This document shows positions 9,735-20,325 of a stretch of DNA of 53,907 nucleotides, in pieces. The notes below the pieces were generated by a model. That model ran no database searches. It was given only the letters and a program-made list of their open reading frames with translations, and had not been told where the DNA came from. The position numbers and the translations under genes are program-made. Location of the stretch: contig JBFWVI010000020.1 of assembly GCA_050246815.1 (NCBI GenBank), forward strand, positions 1 through 53,907, read 5' to 3'. Position 1 is the stretch's first letter, and each line of letters begins with the position of its first letter. The stretch is from Bdellovibrionales bacterium (GTDB lineage: Bacteria > Bdellovibrionota > Bdellovibrionia > Bdellovibrionales > UBA1609).

Positions 9735-10292
9735 TTACATGCCCGACAGGTTCAAGCTGAAGCTGAGGGACAGGCTGACCTCTTGGTATTTGATGGGGCC
9801 GACGTCGCCTGTGACATACTGCAATTCAACTTCGGTGCGAAACAGTTTGCTTAAAGCTGTGTAGCTGACAAAGGCCAACGGCAAACCTTCATTGTAGGAT
9901 CGCTCGATCATTCCCGTGGAACTTGAAAGACTTTTAATTTTCAAATCCATCATGCGATAGCCGCCGCCAAAAGTCAGATCGCCGATCATTAGACCGGCTT
10001 TGCCTGCCATGAAGCTGATTTTGGTCAGCTCCATATACGTACTACTTGGCAACGTGTTGAGATTTTGCCCTTGGCCGGCTTCGACCTTCAAGAGGCCACC
10101 CATGCCCGTTCCGCCGCGACCGGATAGTCCTGCCGTTACAAAGTGAGCTGACCCACGAAATTCAGATTCCGTTGAATTCAATTGCAACTCGCTTTGCACG
10201 TAGCCCATTCCCGCGCCCGCAAAAAAGTACGCATCGGCAAATGTCGTATATGGAGTGCCCAGCAGGATGAACGCGACACAAAGCCGCTTCAT
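9735..10292 (-). CDS. Small outer-membrane beta-barrel protein
   Basis: Signal peptide; alternating strands; ATGA overlap with the upstream lipoprotein gene. Confidence 0.7.
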   Translation of the reverse strand: MKRLCVAFILLGTPYTTFADAYFFAGAGMGYVQSELQLNSTESEFRGSAHFVTAGLSGRGGTGMGGLLKVEAGQGQNLNTLPSSTYMELTKISFMAGKAGLMIGDLTFGGGYRMMDLKIKSLSSSTGMIERSYNEGLPLAFVSYTALSKLFRTEVELQYVTGDVGPIKYQEVSLSLSFSLNLSGM

Positions 10293-11341
10293 GGCATCAC
10301 CTTCATGTCCGTTATGCAACGGGTGTGAATCGACGGCGTCATGAAGGGCGCGGCCCCAACCCGGCTCAGCGTATTGGTCGTGCTGTTGTAAGAAAAGCGT
10401 TCAACCGTATTAAAAGTACTTGTTGCGCTGGAAATTAGAACATTGCCATTACTCGGATCTTCGACCATCGCGGACGGCCCGTTGACCACTGAAAAGTCCG
10501 TCCATGCGGCCACAGGCGCCGTGATGGTGTTGGCGGTTGAATTCACGTTGTAAGAGTAAATGGTATTTGACGCAGCGGTAGTGCTACCAAAGGACACAAG
10601 GGTTCGGCCGCTGCTATGAATCAGCACTCTTGTGGGAAGCGCCGTTGTGGTCGGCCCCGCCTGAACGGCTAAACAATCCCCCGCCGCAGCATAACCACTT
10701 GCCGAGATTAAACCAATGCGGTTATTCGGCGTGGCAGCGGCATGAGCGTAAAGTATTTTACCATTTGGAAAAGCCGCGATCGAAGAGATCAGTGTTGCCG
10801 AAGCTGCACAGGCCCCAGCCGGGGCACTTACCCAAGGAGCTGCGCCAATCAAGACGCGGGACTTTGCGGAGTTAAACTTTTCGACTGCTGTAGACTTGCT
10901 GACCAAAATGCTAAAATCACTCAACCTGATGAAGGTGCGCAAAACTGCGCTCAATGCGGTGGCGTTGATGATGTGAACAGCCGCGCCACTGCCGTCTTTA
11001 CGGACGCGATCAATTCGTCGGCCGGCGGTATTTTCCACCAAGACCAGCATTTCATCCTCACTGTAATCTGAAATGGAAACGGGTGAATCGCCTGGACTAA
11101 AGGAGTTGTAATCGATCACGTCGGCTAAAAGCTGACCCGTTTGCAAGTCAAAACGGGCCACGATATTCGACGGTCCAGGCGATGTGACGACTCCGCCGCC
11201 ATAACAGGCCCCGGTTGCGATATAAAGATGTTTTGTTGAAAACGCCTCTTGATTGAACGGGGCCGAAACTTGGTCTCCGCACCCAACTAAGACCGCGCCC
11301 AGAAACAAGATTGTGAAAATACATTGCATGCGCACCATCAA
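10289..11341 (-). CDS. Lipoprotein, probable beta-propeller
   Basis: Lipobox LVG-C; repeated blade-like segments (SPVSISD, PTRVLIH, GPSAMVED). Confidence 0.7.
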   Translation of the reverse strand: MMVRMQCIFTILFLGAVLVGCGDQVSAPFNQEAFSTKHLYIATGACYGGGVVTSPGPSNIVARFDLQTGQLLADVIDYNSFSPGDSPVSISDYSEDEMLVLVENTAGRRIDRVRKDGSGAAVHIINATALSAVLRTFIRLSDFSILVSKSTAVEKFNSAKSRVLIGAAPWVSAPAGACAASATLISSIAAFPNGKILYAHAAATPNNRIGLISASGYAAAGDCLAVQAGPTTTALPTRVLIHSSGRTLVSFGSTTAASNTIYSYNVNSTANTITAPVAAWTDFSVVNGPSAMVEDPSNGNVLISSATSTFNTVERFSYNSTTNTLSRVGAAPFMTPSIHTRCITDMKVMP

Positions 11342-11347
11342 TAGTTC

Positions 11348-11380
11348 CTTTACAATTTTAACTTCGGATCAATTGTAAAG
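11348..11380. promoter_or_regulatory. 10-bp perfect inverted repeat upstream of the beta-propeller lipoprotein gene
   Basis: CTTTACAATT (11348-11357) and AATTGTAAAG (11371-11380), between pbpC and the lipoprotein start. Confidence 0.4.
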
Positions 11381-11405
11381 AGACTATAGGGTCCTGGAGT
11401 CCAGG

Positions 11406-13535
11406 CTAGCGCTCTCGACCCCTCACTTGAAAGTGCACGACGTCCAGGGCTTTACCTTGTCGATCGACCAACTCCAGCTTGAAACGGCCTGGATAGGGTG
11501 TCCAACCGACTTCCGTCTGGGCTTTTGCCAAGCGCCGACCATTTAGGCGCAAAACCTGGTGCGCTTCCGGCTCATTGACGGTGAAATAAATTTTTTGTTG
11601 CTTGAGCGGTATATCCGGATCCAAAGCGACCATGGTCTGGTCAACCGGATAGAGCAAACGTGACTGGGCTTGTCGCATAACGCGAATCGTTTCGCCAGGC
11701 GGCTCTGTGCCGTTGATAAACCATTCTTCGATGGTTTGATTTGAGTCTGAAAAGCGAACTTTTTTCGTGCTCACCCCAAGAGGGCGTGTGGGCGCAATAC
11801 TGGTTTCGCGCTGATGCAAAAAGTTCATGATTTCCATCCACGCTGGGGCCGCCCCTTGCACTCCGGACACATTCCACATCGCAGCGCCGGTTAAATTACC
11901 GGCCCACACCCCGACCGTGTAGCGCTTCGAATAACCCACGCACCAGTTGTCACGCATGTCTTTGCTTGTTCCGGTTTTCACAGCCGTCCAATAGCGTGTG
12001 GCCAATGCGTTTTCCCAACCAAAGGTGGCGCCGCGGCTGCCACGATCGGCAATCATGTCACTGACGATAAAGGCGGCTTCTGGCGAAAGAGCTTGCCGCG
12101 ATTCAGCTTGGATTGAATCGTCTTGTAAAAATCGCAACGGCGACCAGCGCCCTTCGTTGGCCAGGCTGCGATAGGCATTGCTCAGCTCCAGCAGCCGCAC
12201 ATCAACAGAACCCAAAGCAACGCTTGGGCCATAAAAATCGGCTCGTTGCAAACCTGTAAATCCTAATTCGTTTAAAAGTTCCACAGCTTTTTCCACAGTC
12301 ACAGCCTCAAGCACCTTTACTGCTGGAATATTGAGGCTGCTGGCCAAAGCAACGCGGGCACTGACGTTGTTACGAAAACGACGATCGTAGTTCGCCGGCC
12401 GATAAAGACCCGTCGAAACCGCCACGTCCGTCGGTGTGTCGGGCAAAACTGAAGCTGCTGTGATCAGCTTTTTCTGCAAAGCCAAGCCGTAGATAAACGG
12501 CTTTAAGGTTGAACCAGCTTGTCTCTGTGCAAAGGCCGCGTCCACATGTGGCGAAGCCGATTTTTCGCCAATGTTGCCAACATAAGCCAGAACATCTCCG
12601 GTGGCGTTGTCTAAAACAACGGCCGACGCATCGGTTAAATTTTGTTCTCTGAGTCGCGACACCTGCTCGTTCAAAATGTCTCGCACCTTGACTTGCAACT
12701 CACGCTTCAGCGTTGTGACGACTCGTCCTTCTAAGCGTTCTTTCGGCAAATGCCTCATCAAATGCGGTGCCAATCTTTCCAATGGCTTGATCCAATACGA
12801 CGAAGATAGGCTTTTTGCGAGCGCTTCAGGCGGTTGGCAGGGGCTTGAGATATCGGCCATGATCCAGCACGTGCGAGATAAAACTTTGTCCGCGCTGGCG
12901 TTGGGCGCGCGAATCAATGACGTAACAACCGCAGACTCCCAATCTGTCAGGGCCAATGGGTCTTTGCCAAAAATTCCTTGCGCCGCTGCTGCGATTCCCT
13001 GTAACTCTCCGCGGAAGTATAGCAAATTTAAATAGGCTTCAAAAATTTGGCTTTTACTCCATCTCTGTTCAAGACCTATAGCCGCGTGCATCTGCTTTAG
13101 TTTTTGAGCCAAACTTCGGCGCTGCCCGCCCTTACCTCCGCGCTGAAGCAGCTCCACAAGTTGCATACTAATCGTGCTGGCTCCGCGGTAATGGCGGCCA
13201 GTTAAAGAAATCAGCGCCACTTTTGCAAAGGCGAAAACGTCTACTCCAAAGTGATTGTAAAAGCGTTTGTCTTCGGCGCGCAAAATCATTTTCTGTAACG
13301 CGTAGGGCACATGGTCTAAACTCGTCCATGGCAATCGGCGCACCGTGCTCAGCTGCCGCGCCTCATGCAAAACCAAACCATCGCGGTCCAGTAGCACCAA
13401 CTCAGAAGAACGATAGGCCCGCTGAACCGCTTTGAACATTTTGGGTTGCGGTGAGCCCCAAAAGACAAAGGCCGCTGCGCTGACAGCGGCCAGAGTGAAA
13501 ATCGCGATTGGCAGCAGCCTCCGCTGGTGTTTCAT
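11406..13535 (-). CDS. pbpC: Penicillin-binding protein 1C
   Basis: Transglycosylase EDKRFY and GASTISMQ; transpeptidase GSTLKP, SLN and KTGTS; C-terminal BiPBP_C-like domain; directly downstream of alpha-2-macroglobulin. Confidence 0.95.
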   Translation of the reverse strand: MKHQRRLLPIAIFTLAAVSAAAFVFWGSPQPKMFKAVQRAYRSSELVLLDRDGLVLHEARQLSTVRRLPWTSLDHVPYALQKMILRAEDKRFYNHFGVDVFAFAKVALISLTGRHYRGASTISMQLVELLQRGGKGGQRRSLAQKLKQMHAAIGLEQRWSKSQIFEAYLNLLYFRGELQGIAAAAQGIFGKDPLALTDWESAVVTSLIRAPNASADKVLSRTCWIMADISSPCQPPEALAKSLSSSYWIKPLERLAPHLMRHLPKERLEGRVVTTLKRELQVKVRDILNEQVSRLREQNLTDASAVVLDNATGDVLAYVGNIGEKSASPHVDAAFAQRQAGSTLKPFIYGLALQKKLITAASVLPDTPTDVAVSTGLYRPANYDRRFRNNVSARVALASSLNIPAVKVLEAVTVEKAVELLNELGFTGLQRADFYGPSVALGSVDVRLLELSNAYRSLANEGRWSPLRFLQDDSIQAESRQALSPEAAFIVSDMIADRGSRGATFGWENALATRYWTAVKTGTSKDMRDNWCVGYSKRYTVGVWAGNLTGAAMWNVSGVQGAAPAWMEIMNFLHQRETSIAPTRPLGVSTKKVRFSDSNQTIEEWFINGTEPPGETIRVMRQAQSRLLYPVDQTMVALDPDIPLKQQKIYFTVNEPEAHQVLRLNGRRLAKAQTEVGWTPYPGRFKLELVDRQGKALDVVHFQVRGRER

Positions 13536-13537
13536 GA

Positions 13538-16500
13538 TTACGGTTGCACCGTCCAGATCCCGTTCGCGATCTCCGCAAAGGTCTCTGGAGTGTACATGGC
13601 TTCCAGGCGAGTGGCGGGTACATTAAAGGTTCCGCTCACGTTCAGCTGGTAGCGATAAATCACTTCAAACTCAGAGGTCGGAATGAAGCCATAAATCGCG
13701 CGGTAACCGTCGTAGCTTTTTTCATCGTAGTCGGGCCACATCCAGCCGGTCGAGCGAGGATCCTCCGCCTGCAAACCACTGTTTAGAATTTTTGCGCCCG
13801 AGGGAATTGGGTCGAACAAGGCCACTTGCGCAGTTGGCGCCAAGCCCTTGACCTTCAAAGTCACCTCAATCACATCACCACGCGACCATTTACCGGCCAC
13901 CGCTTGACGAACGGGCTTCACGCTTTTGCGAACTTGCAGCCCCACGAACTCGCCATTGGGTTTGGGTGGAACAGCCGCCACAGTGGCGATCATGGACCAT
14001 GGCTTACCCTCCCCACGATGCGAGACCGTCACTTGGCCAGCACCACCGGCAGGCCACGAGAAATCGGTCACGGCGCCCGTCAGATTTTTGCTCCAATCCA
14101 CCTCTTTGTGGACCGCGGCCAAATCGATCAGTGTGGTGCCACTCACTTTGCCGGCTTCGATCACTTTGGCGAATTGGCGTAAGGCCACAGCAGACCACGC
14201 ATTGGTCACGGGTAAATCCCAGGCCCCACCACGAAGATAATTCATCAAACCCGCCTGCAAGCGGGGCAGATCTTGGCTCCATGCCTTAACAAGCTCAGGA
14301 CTCGACAGGGCCAATGAAATCAAACGCGATTGCGAGCCCGCACGCGAGCTGAGCAGCCACCAAATGGCCTTGGTGTCCGGCGCGATCTCAAGTCTCGTGC
14401 CGACCAGGGTCAAGCGGGCGCGAATGGCCGCGCTGTAGGCCTGACTTTGTTCGACAGCAACTTGATTGGTGCTGACGGCATAAATCACACGAATCAAATC
14501 AAGCAAGCTCGCCGTCGGCATCTCGCCAACTGGCGGCAAGCTCAAAGTCTTCAGCCATTCTGCTTTGGCCAAATCGTAACGGCTCAATGCCGCCATCGCT
14601 GAAATTCGACGCAACAACAATTCGCGATCGCTCATGTCGCTAAGCCGTTCGCGGCGCAAACGACCTTCCGCCAACTGAGTTAAGGCTGCGAGCATACGCT
14701 GCTGGTCAGCTTGCGGAATTTCGAAGCCGGCATCTTTTGCGATCGCCAGCACATAGGCGGTGAAGTCAAAGCTGCCTTTTTCAGCGCTTGGATACCACTT
14801 CAGTAAACCATCGGCGTCCAATTGGCCGCTAAGCTTGTTCATCGCCACAGACCAGACTTTGACATCGTTGGTGGCCACTGCTTGCGACACCAGGGTTTCA
14901 AGGCTGATGCATAAATAATTGTCGAAGTATTGTTTCACACTCTCAAGCCCGCGAGCCAAGGAGTCGATCAAGGTCACACGAACTCCGCCCAAAGACGGAT
15001 CCGCGCCCTGCGGACGTTCTACGCCCACAACCACTGCTTTCCCACCGAGTTGCTCAAGCTGGGACATCTGAGTTCGCGCCACTAAAAGCGGCTTAATCTC
15101 TTGCGAAATCACCATACGATCTTTTTGACCCGAATCGCCTTCGACCGTGTATTGATATTCTGCTTTGACCGCGCCACTTGGCACGTTGACATCACCCATC
15201 ACCAAAGTTTGCGCGCTACCGGCGGCAAGCTGGGCTTGCTTTTCACCTATCTGCACGACTTGTTTGCGCCCATCGGCGAAAGTAAAGGTCACCTGACCCG
15301 ACACACGGGTGCCAATGGATTTTTTGGTGGTGTTACGAACGGTCATATCGGCGCTGAATTTATCGCCTTGTCGAGCCAGTTGCGCTTGAGCAGGAATGGC
15401 GATCAAATCTTGAGTGGCTGAAATCGACGTATGCCCGCTGCCAAACTGAGCGGTACCGCTTTGTGCAACGGCCACAACACGGAATTTAGTCAGCGAATCA
15501 TTCAGCTTGAATTTTACTGTGGCTTCGCCTTGCTCGTTCAAACGAACACGGCCTTGCCACGAAACGAGTGTGTCAAAAAGCTCACGGGTGATTTGCGAGC
15601 CACCATCACCACCATGAGCGACCGCCTTTTGGCCGAAGTGGCGCTTACCAACCACTTGCATTTGCGCTGTGGAGGTCTGAACGCCCCAGGGGCGACGACC
15701 CATCATCGCTTCAAGCAAATTCCAAGAGTTGTTCGGTTGCAGCTGCAACAAGCCTTCATCCACAACAGCCAAAGCGAATTCGCCTTTGGCTGGTTTACCC
15801 TTAGAGTCTTTCACTTGCACACGCACTGTGGCCTCTTCGCGCGGCTGATAGATTTCTTTATTCGGAGTCAAGGCGACCTTCAGCTCATGAGCGGCCCACT
15901 TCACAAAAAGTTGCGCCACACCCATTTTGAAGGCCGGCTTATTCAGGTCGACGATGAACTCTTGCCCGGGGCGATACTTTTCGCCTTCCGAATCCGGCAT
16001 GCGACCGCGCACCAAGAAAGTCGAAACAAAGACGTTCGGAGCATAGCTGTCTTTTAAGGGCACTTCCACAACCGGATTGGTTCCCGACAAGCTGACCACT
16101 TTGGCGTCGATCACACCTTCGCGCTCAGTGGTGACCAATGCCGTGGCTTCGCGGAACGGCATACGAACCTGAAGTCGCGCGGTCTGACCGGGTTCATAGC
16201 GGCGCTGCTCAGGAATCAGATCGATGCGATCTGTGTCTTGAGCCTCAAACCAAAAGTCATCTTTGCCACGTAACCAAACCGAAGAGTTAGCAAAAGCCAC
16301 TCGGCCCTTGCTGTCGGCGGCCTGAGCCATCAGGCGCAACTGCCCCGAAGCGTTGGCGCGCACGGTGCAAAACACCAAGCCTCGTGCATCACTGACGCCA
16401 GAGCAGTTGGCGCTTATGTTTTGCGGTTTGGTTTCGGTGACGTGTTCGTAAGCGTAGAATCCACCCACCAAACGTTTGCGATGAGAATAGGTTTCCACCT

Positions 16501-19222
16501 TAAAGCCGCTCAGGCTGACGGCCACGCCGGCCACCGGACGTTGCTTCAAGTCTAGAACCACGGCTTGCAATTGGATGTCTTTGTCTGCTGCAACCCAGTT
16601 TTCAGAACGCAGGCCCAACAGCAAATCCGATGGCCACACCGTGGCACTGCGGCCCACGGTTTGGATTTCGCCGTTGGCGTCGCGAAATTCCATCTCCATG
16701 TTGATGGCTTTGGGCGCGGTCAACCCGCTTAAGCCAGAAATCTTCACGACACCAGCGCCTGTGCTGCTGAGTTTTGTTTTTTGCGTGATCACTTCATCTT
16801 TTTTCTCGGCATTATCTTGGCCGCTGCGTTCTACGCCAGGTTCAACCTTGCCATCCATAAAATCGAAGTCCCGATAGTCTTCAACCGGTGTGAAGTTTGA
16901 ATCCATCACATGATGGCGAAACACCACATCTAAATTCGAGGCGGGACCGCCGTTTTGATAGGCCACGGTCAGCTGCGGTTCGATCTGGCCGGGTTGCACC
17001 AAAGCCTGCTTTGGCAATGAAATCATTGCTCTCATCAAAGGAATCTTAAATTCCTCAACCTTAAAAGAGCCGGCACTTTGACGATCTTCATAATTCTTGC
17101 CGCCGTTTTTAGTCAAAATAACTTCATAGACGCCAAGCTTAGCGTCCTTGGGCAAAGTCAAAACCGTCTCGGCAACGGAGATGGCCTTGTCCCAATTTAA
17201 GGGCAAGGTGTATTTGGCACCACTACCTTGGTGTTCCACAATCACTTGTGACGGCAGATTTTTTTCTTCAACTGCCAGCAAGCCCTGACTGGTCGGGCGG
17301 CGTAGCAGATGCTTCATGTGCACGGTTTCACCGGCGCGCAGCAGAGTGCGGGCAAAAATGGTGTGGGCCAAGTTTTGTGAACGCTCCCACATCGGGCTGG
17401 TCGAAGGTAAATTGCCAAAACGATAGGCCTCTAAGCCGTCACCCCAACCTGTGTGTGTGAAGGTGAAGTCTCTCTCCTTTTGGGCGGTGACAAAAAATCC
17501 AGAGCGGTACGGGCCATAATGGCCGTCTTTTTGACAGCCTTCGACCTTCAAGATGTTTTTCAAGTTGGCCGGATAGCGGACCAAGCCATCCTTATCCGAG
17601 ATGCCTTGCCAAACTTGTTGGCCCGCGCAGTTATGCACTCGCACGGCGGCCCCCGCCACGGGGCGACCATGATCCAAAGACGTCACCCAAAAGAGCGAGG
17701 ATTCAAGACCCCATTTCAAGTGAATCGCCATGTTGGTCACCAGCGCACCTGTTGGCACATACATCTGACGGTCTTCGCCCATCAGTGAATTGCCCAGAAT
17801 TTTGCTTTCCAATTCAACCACATAGAATCCGGGGCCAGGCAATGGAATGCCAACCACCTCAAAGGTGTTGCCCTTATTTTTCAAGGGAATGTCGAAGCGT
17901 TTTTTATCTTTGCTTTGTTGCAGTAAGGACTTGCCACGATCTTCGTAGTCATTGCGCTCGCTTAAGCGCTGCATCCACTTAATAACCTCCGCAAAATTAT
18001 TCGCGTTTAATTTAACCGATGCACCGCCAACGCTTGCGCCGGCATAATTGCCGATCACTTTTGCTTCCAAATTGCGAAGTGTGGCCGGCAACAGGTTGGG
18101 CTTTTCGCTCGCTTCGATCACCCCGAAGTTCGCAGCAAATTTCGCTAGTGGCGGAAATGCGGCTGTTTTGACTGCCAAAGGAAACATTTTCGAATTGGAT
18201 AGGGCCCGGCCCGAGTCATCGATCATGTTGGCGGGCATTTCAATTTTAAAGCTGCCACCTTCTTTAAAAGGGCCCGAAAAGGTCACGCGGGTCACAGTTT
18301 TTTCGTTGCTGCGGGCACGATCCGGATGGATCACTTTGCCGTCCGCACCAACCAAGCGAACCTGTTTGGCTAGATCGGCCGAAACCGGCTCTGAGAATTC
18401 GATCTCGAGGGGCATCAAAGGCGAGCAGTCCGCTTTGGCGTTTTCGCGAGTGCAAGTGAATTGGGCACGCAACTCTTCACGAACCACAAAGGCATAAGAG
18501 GCCTTGGTCTGGCGCGCTTTGCCACCATTTGAGGCCACAATTCCAGGCCCCCAAACCAAAGAGACCTTGCTTTTAATTGCAAAGGCTTCGCGGGCCTGTA
18601 CAAGGACCACTGGGGTTTTCAAATCACGCGAGCCGAATTCAGCCTTTAAGATCTCTTGGCGCTGGATACCTTCGATCAATCGCACGGGGACGGCCGAGGA
18701 TTTGCCCGTCACCTCAAAATAAACATTTTTCAAGACCGTGTTCATATCAACGTTAGTGTCGAGCAGTAAAACAAAGATTTGGTCTTCGCTGATCACCGGC
18801 GCGTCTGCGCTCCAGCTGGACGGCATCACGCGAAGGACGTTGGGTCCGTCTATTTGAAAAGCAAAGGTGGTCGAACCCGAGATGCTGGCGCCGGCCAGGC
18901 TCTTAACGTCTTTTTTCAATTGAATTTGGCAGCTGGTTCCCCCCGGCAAGAAGTTGCCTTCTAGTTCGGTGTCGAAATCAAAGATCCAGGTTTTATCGTC
19001 GTTCCAACGAGCCCGGCCTTGAACTTGTGGCACGCAGTTCAGATTGAAAAGGTCCGCGTTCTGCGACGGCGCAGAAAGATTAATCATTTTATCACTGAAG
19101 CTGACGCGAATTTGGTTCGCGGTGTTGCTTAAGTTTTGCGGGGACACGCGGGTGATCGTCGCGGCGATCACAGTTGTATGCGCAAATAAAGTAACCAACA
19201 TCAAACTGATTAAGGCCTTCAT
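13538..19222 (-). CDS. Bacterial alpha-2-macroglobulin family protein
   Basis: About 1,890 aa; LLRAGETVH, VEEFK, AVVDEG, RELFDT and LNDSLTKFRV; C-terminal ATRLEAMYTPE; coupled to pbpC; AGGAG RBS. Confidence 0.93.
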   Translation of the reverse strand: MKALISLMLVTLFAHTTVIAATITRVSPQNLSNTANQIRVSFSDKMINLSAPSQNADLFNLNCVPQVQGRARWNDDKTWIFDFDTELEGNFLPGGTSCQIQLKKDVKSLAGASISGSTTFAFQIDGPNVLRVMPSSWSADAPVISEDQIFVLLLDTNVDMNTVLKNVYFEVTGKSSAVPVRLIEGIQRQEILKAEFGSRDLKTPVVLVQAREAFAIKSKVSLVWGPGIVASNGGKARQTKASYAFVVREELRAQFTCTRENAKADCSPLMPLEIEFSEPVSADLAKQVRLVGADGKVIHPDRARSNEKTVTRVTFSGPFKEGGSFKIEMPANMIDDSGRALSNSKMFPLAVKTAAFPPLAKFAANFGVIEASEKPNLLPATLRNLEAKVIGNYAGASVGGASVKLNANNFAEVIKWMQRLSERNDYEDRGKSLLQQSKDKKRFDIPLKNKGNTFEVVGIPLPGPGFYVVELESKILGNSLMGEDRQMYVPTGALVTNMAIHLKWGLESSLFWVTSLDHGRPVAGAAVRVHNCAGQQVWQGISDKDGLVRYPANLKNILKVEGCQKDGHYGPYRSGFFVTAQKERDFTFTHTGWGDGLEAYRFGNLPSTSPMWERSQNLAHTIFARTLLRAGETVHMKHLLRRPTSQGLLAVEEKNLPSQVIVEHQGSGAKYTLPLNWDKAISVAETVLTLPKDAKLGVYEVILTKNGGKNYEDRQSAGSFKVEEFKIPLMRAMISLPKQALVQPGQIEPQLTVAYQNGGPASNLDVVFRHHVMDSNFTPVEDYRDFDFMDGKVEPGVERSGQDNAEKKDEVITQKTKLSSTGAGVVKISGLSGLTAPKAINMEMEFRDANGEIQTVGRSATVWPSDLLLGLRSENWVAADKDIQLQAVVLDLKQRPVAGVAVSLSGFKVETYSHRKRLVGGFYAYEHVTETKPQNISANCSGVSDARGLVFCTVRANASGQLRLMAQAADSKGRVAFANSSVWLRGKDDFWFEAQDTDRIDLIPEQRRYEPGQTARLQVRMPFREATALVTTEREGVIDAKVVSLSGTNPVVEVPLKDSYAPNVFVSTFLVRGRMPDSEGEKYRPGQEFIVDLNKPAFKMGVAQLFVKWAAHELKVALTPNKEIYQPREEATVRVQVKDSKGKPAKGEFALAVVDEGLLQLQPNNSWNLLEAMMGRRPWGVQTSTAQMQVVGKRHFGQKAVAHGGDGGSQITRELFDTLVSWQGRVRLNEQGEATVKFKLNDSLTKFRVVAVAQSGTAQFGSGHTSISATQDLIAIPAQAQLARQGDKFSADMTVRNTTKKSIGTRVSGQVTFTFADGRKQVVQIGEKQAQLAAGSAQTLVMGDVNVPSGAVKAEYQYTVEGDSGQKDRMVISQEIKPLLVARTQMSQLEQLGGKAVVVGVERPQGADPSLGGVRVTLIDSLARGLESVKQYFDNYLCISLETLVSQAVATNDVKVWSVAMNKLSGQLDADGLLKWYPSAEKGSFDFTAYVLAIAKDAGFEIPQADQQRMLAALTQLAEGRLRRERLSDMSDRELLLRRISAMAALSRYDLAKAEWLKTLSLPPVGEMPTASLLDLIRVIYAVSTNQVAVEQSQAYSAAIRARLTLVGTRLEIAPDTKAIWWLLSSRAGSQSRLISLALSSPELVKAWSQDLPRLQAGLMNYLRGGAWDLPVTNAWSAVALRQFAKVIEAGKVSGTTLIDLAAVHKEVDWSKNLTGAVTDFSWPAGGAGQVTVSHRGEGKPWSMIATVAAVPPKPNGEFVGLQVRKSVKPVRQAVAGKWSRGDVIEVTLKVKGLAPTAQVALFDPIPSGAKILNSGLQAEDPRSTGWMWPDYDEKSYDGYRAIYGFIPTSEFEVIYRYQLNVSGTFNVPATRLEAMYTPETFAEIANGIWTVQP

Positions 19223-19453
19223 TTCGGTGCTCCTAAAAATGGGGGAACGTTCTTGTTTGTGGCGTAGTTCTGCTGACAATCGCGGGGACTCGCAACGGCT
19301 ATTTGCATTGTGTAAAGAAAATGATTCTTTCGTGTTCGGCGATGAAATTTCTTTATGAACAGCTCCTTTGGGCGCATAGCGTTAGTCGGCAAATTAAGTA
19401 TAGCCGCTGATTTCCTGGCTTCGCTTGCGTCTTAAATTTCCTCTTTTGCAGCA

Positions 19454-19473
19454 ATGTAAAATAGACTTTACAT
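19454..19473. promoter_or_regulatory. Palindromic operator (ATGTAAA-N6-TTTACAT), probable autoregulatory site of the XRE regulator
   Basis: Perfect 7-bp inverted repeat about 30 bp upstream of the XRE start codon. Confidence 0.55.
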
Positions 19474-19502
19474 CAAGAAACAACTCTTTTACGGTGCTCT
19501 TC

Positions 19503-19736
19503 ATGCCACGAATTGAAGGAAAGTTGAACCTTAGCAATCGAATCCCGAGCTTGCGCGCAGAGCAGAACCTGACTCAGCAACAGCTGGCTGAAGCAGTGGA
19601 CGTAACCCGCGCCACGGTCATTGCGCTTGAAAAAGGAAGCTACAATCCCTCACTCGAATTGGCATTCCGCTTGGCCAAATTTTTCAGGACCAGCGTTGAT
19701 TATTTATTTTATGAAAAAGGGGCCCGAGATGACTAA
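19503..19736 (+). CDS. XRE-family helix-turn-helix regulator
   Basis: [39 protein letters not shown]. Confidence 0.93.
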   Translation: MPRIEGKLNLSNRIPSLRAEQNLTQQQLAEAVDVTRATVIALEKGSYNPSLELAFRLAKFFRTSVDYLFYEKGARDD

Positions 19737-20325
19737 AGCTATACGCTATTTGCAAAACTATTTGATCCTCGCCTTGCCTTTTGTGGTGGCTATCATGGTG
19801 TGGGGAACGCTGCAGCCAGAAGAGATCGTGAATCAAAATCCGTCCTGGTTGGTCCGTGGTCTATGGGAGGTCATGGCCTGGAATCTGATGGCCTGGTTTG
19901 CGTTGTTGATTGTCTTTTTAATCTGCTTGGTCGCATTACCGCAGGCGCGCGAAAAAACCCTAAAGCGCCTCGCTCGCCTTAAAGAGCGTGACGAGCGCGA
20001 ACAATACATCACCGGTCGCGCGGCCCGTGCCACCTACCTGTCGACTTTAAGCGTTTTGATTTTGTTTTTGTTCATTTCAATCTTCAAATTCGATATCACA
20101 AAAAAACCAATCGCTGAAATGCCCGAGGGTAAACGCGGCGTCGTGAGTATCGGTCTTAACTTCAAGCTGACCGATGAAGTGCAAAAAGTGCAAAGCGAAT
20201 CGGGCGAAGTTTTATTTGAATCAAAGGATTTCCCGCTTTCAAAATCCGCGTTGATCCTGTTGCTCATTCTTTGGCAAATGGCATCGTTTCATTTTTTTGC
20301 CAAAAAAGAAGCCTTGCTTGATTAA
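19729..20325 (+). CDS. Membrane protein (DUF2178-like) paired with the XRE regulator
   Basis: Four TM segments; RDERE motif typical of XRE-associated membrane proteins; overlaps the XRE gene. Confidence 0.7.
   Translation: MTKAIRYLQNYLILALPFVVAIMVWGTLQPEEIVNQNPSWLVRGLWEVMAWNLMAWFALLIVFLICLVALPQAREKTLKRLARLKERDEREQYITGRAARATYLSTLSVLILFLFISIFKFDITKKPIAEMPEGKRGVVSIGLNFKLTDEVQKVQSESGEVLFESKDFPLSKSALILLLILWQMASFHFFAKKEALLD

Noticed and set aside
13544..19358. Numerous plus-strand ORFs of 60-208 aa inside the alpha-2-macroglobulin gene
   Set aside because: Antisense shadows of a long coding gene, with no recognisable motifs or RBS.
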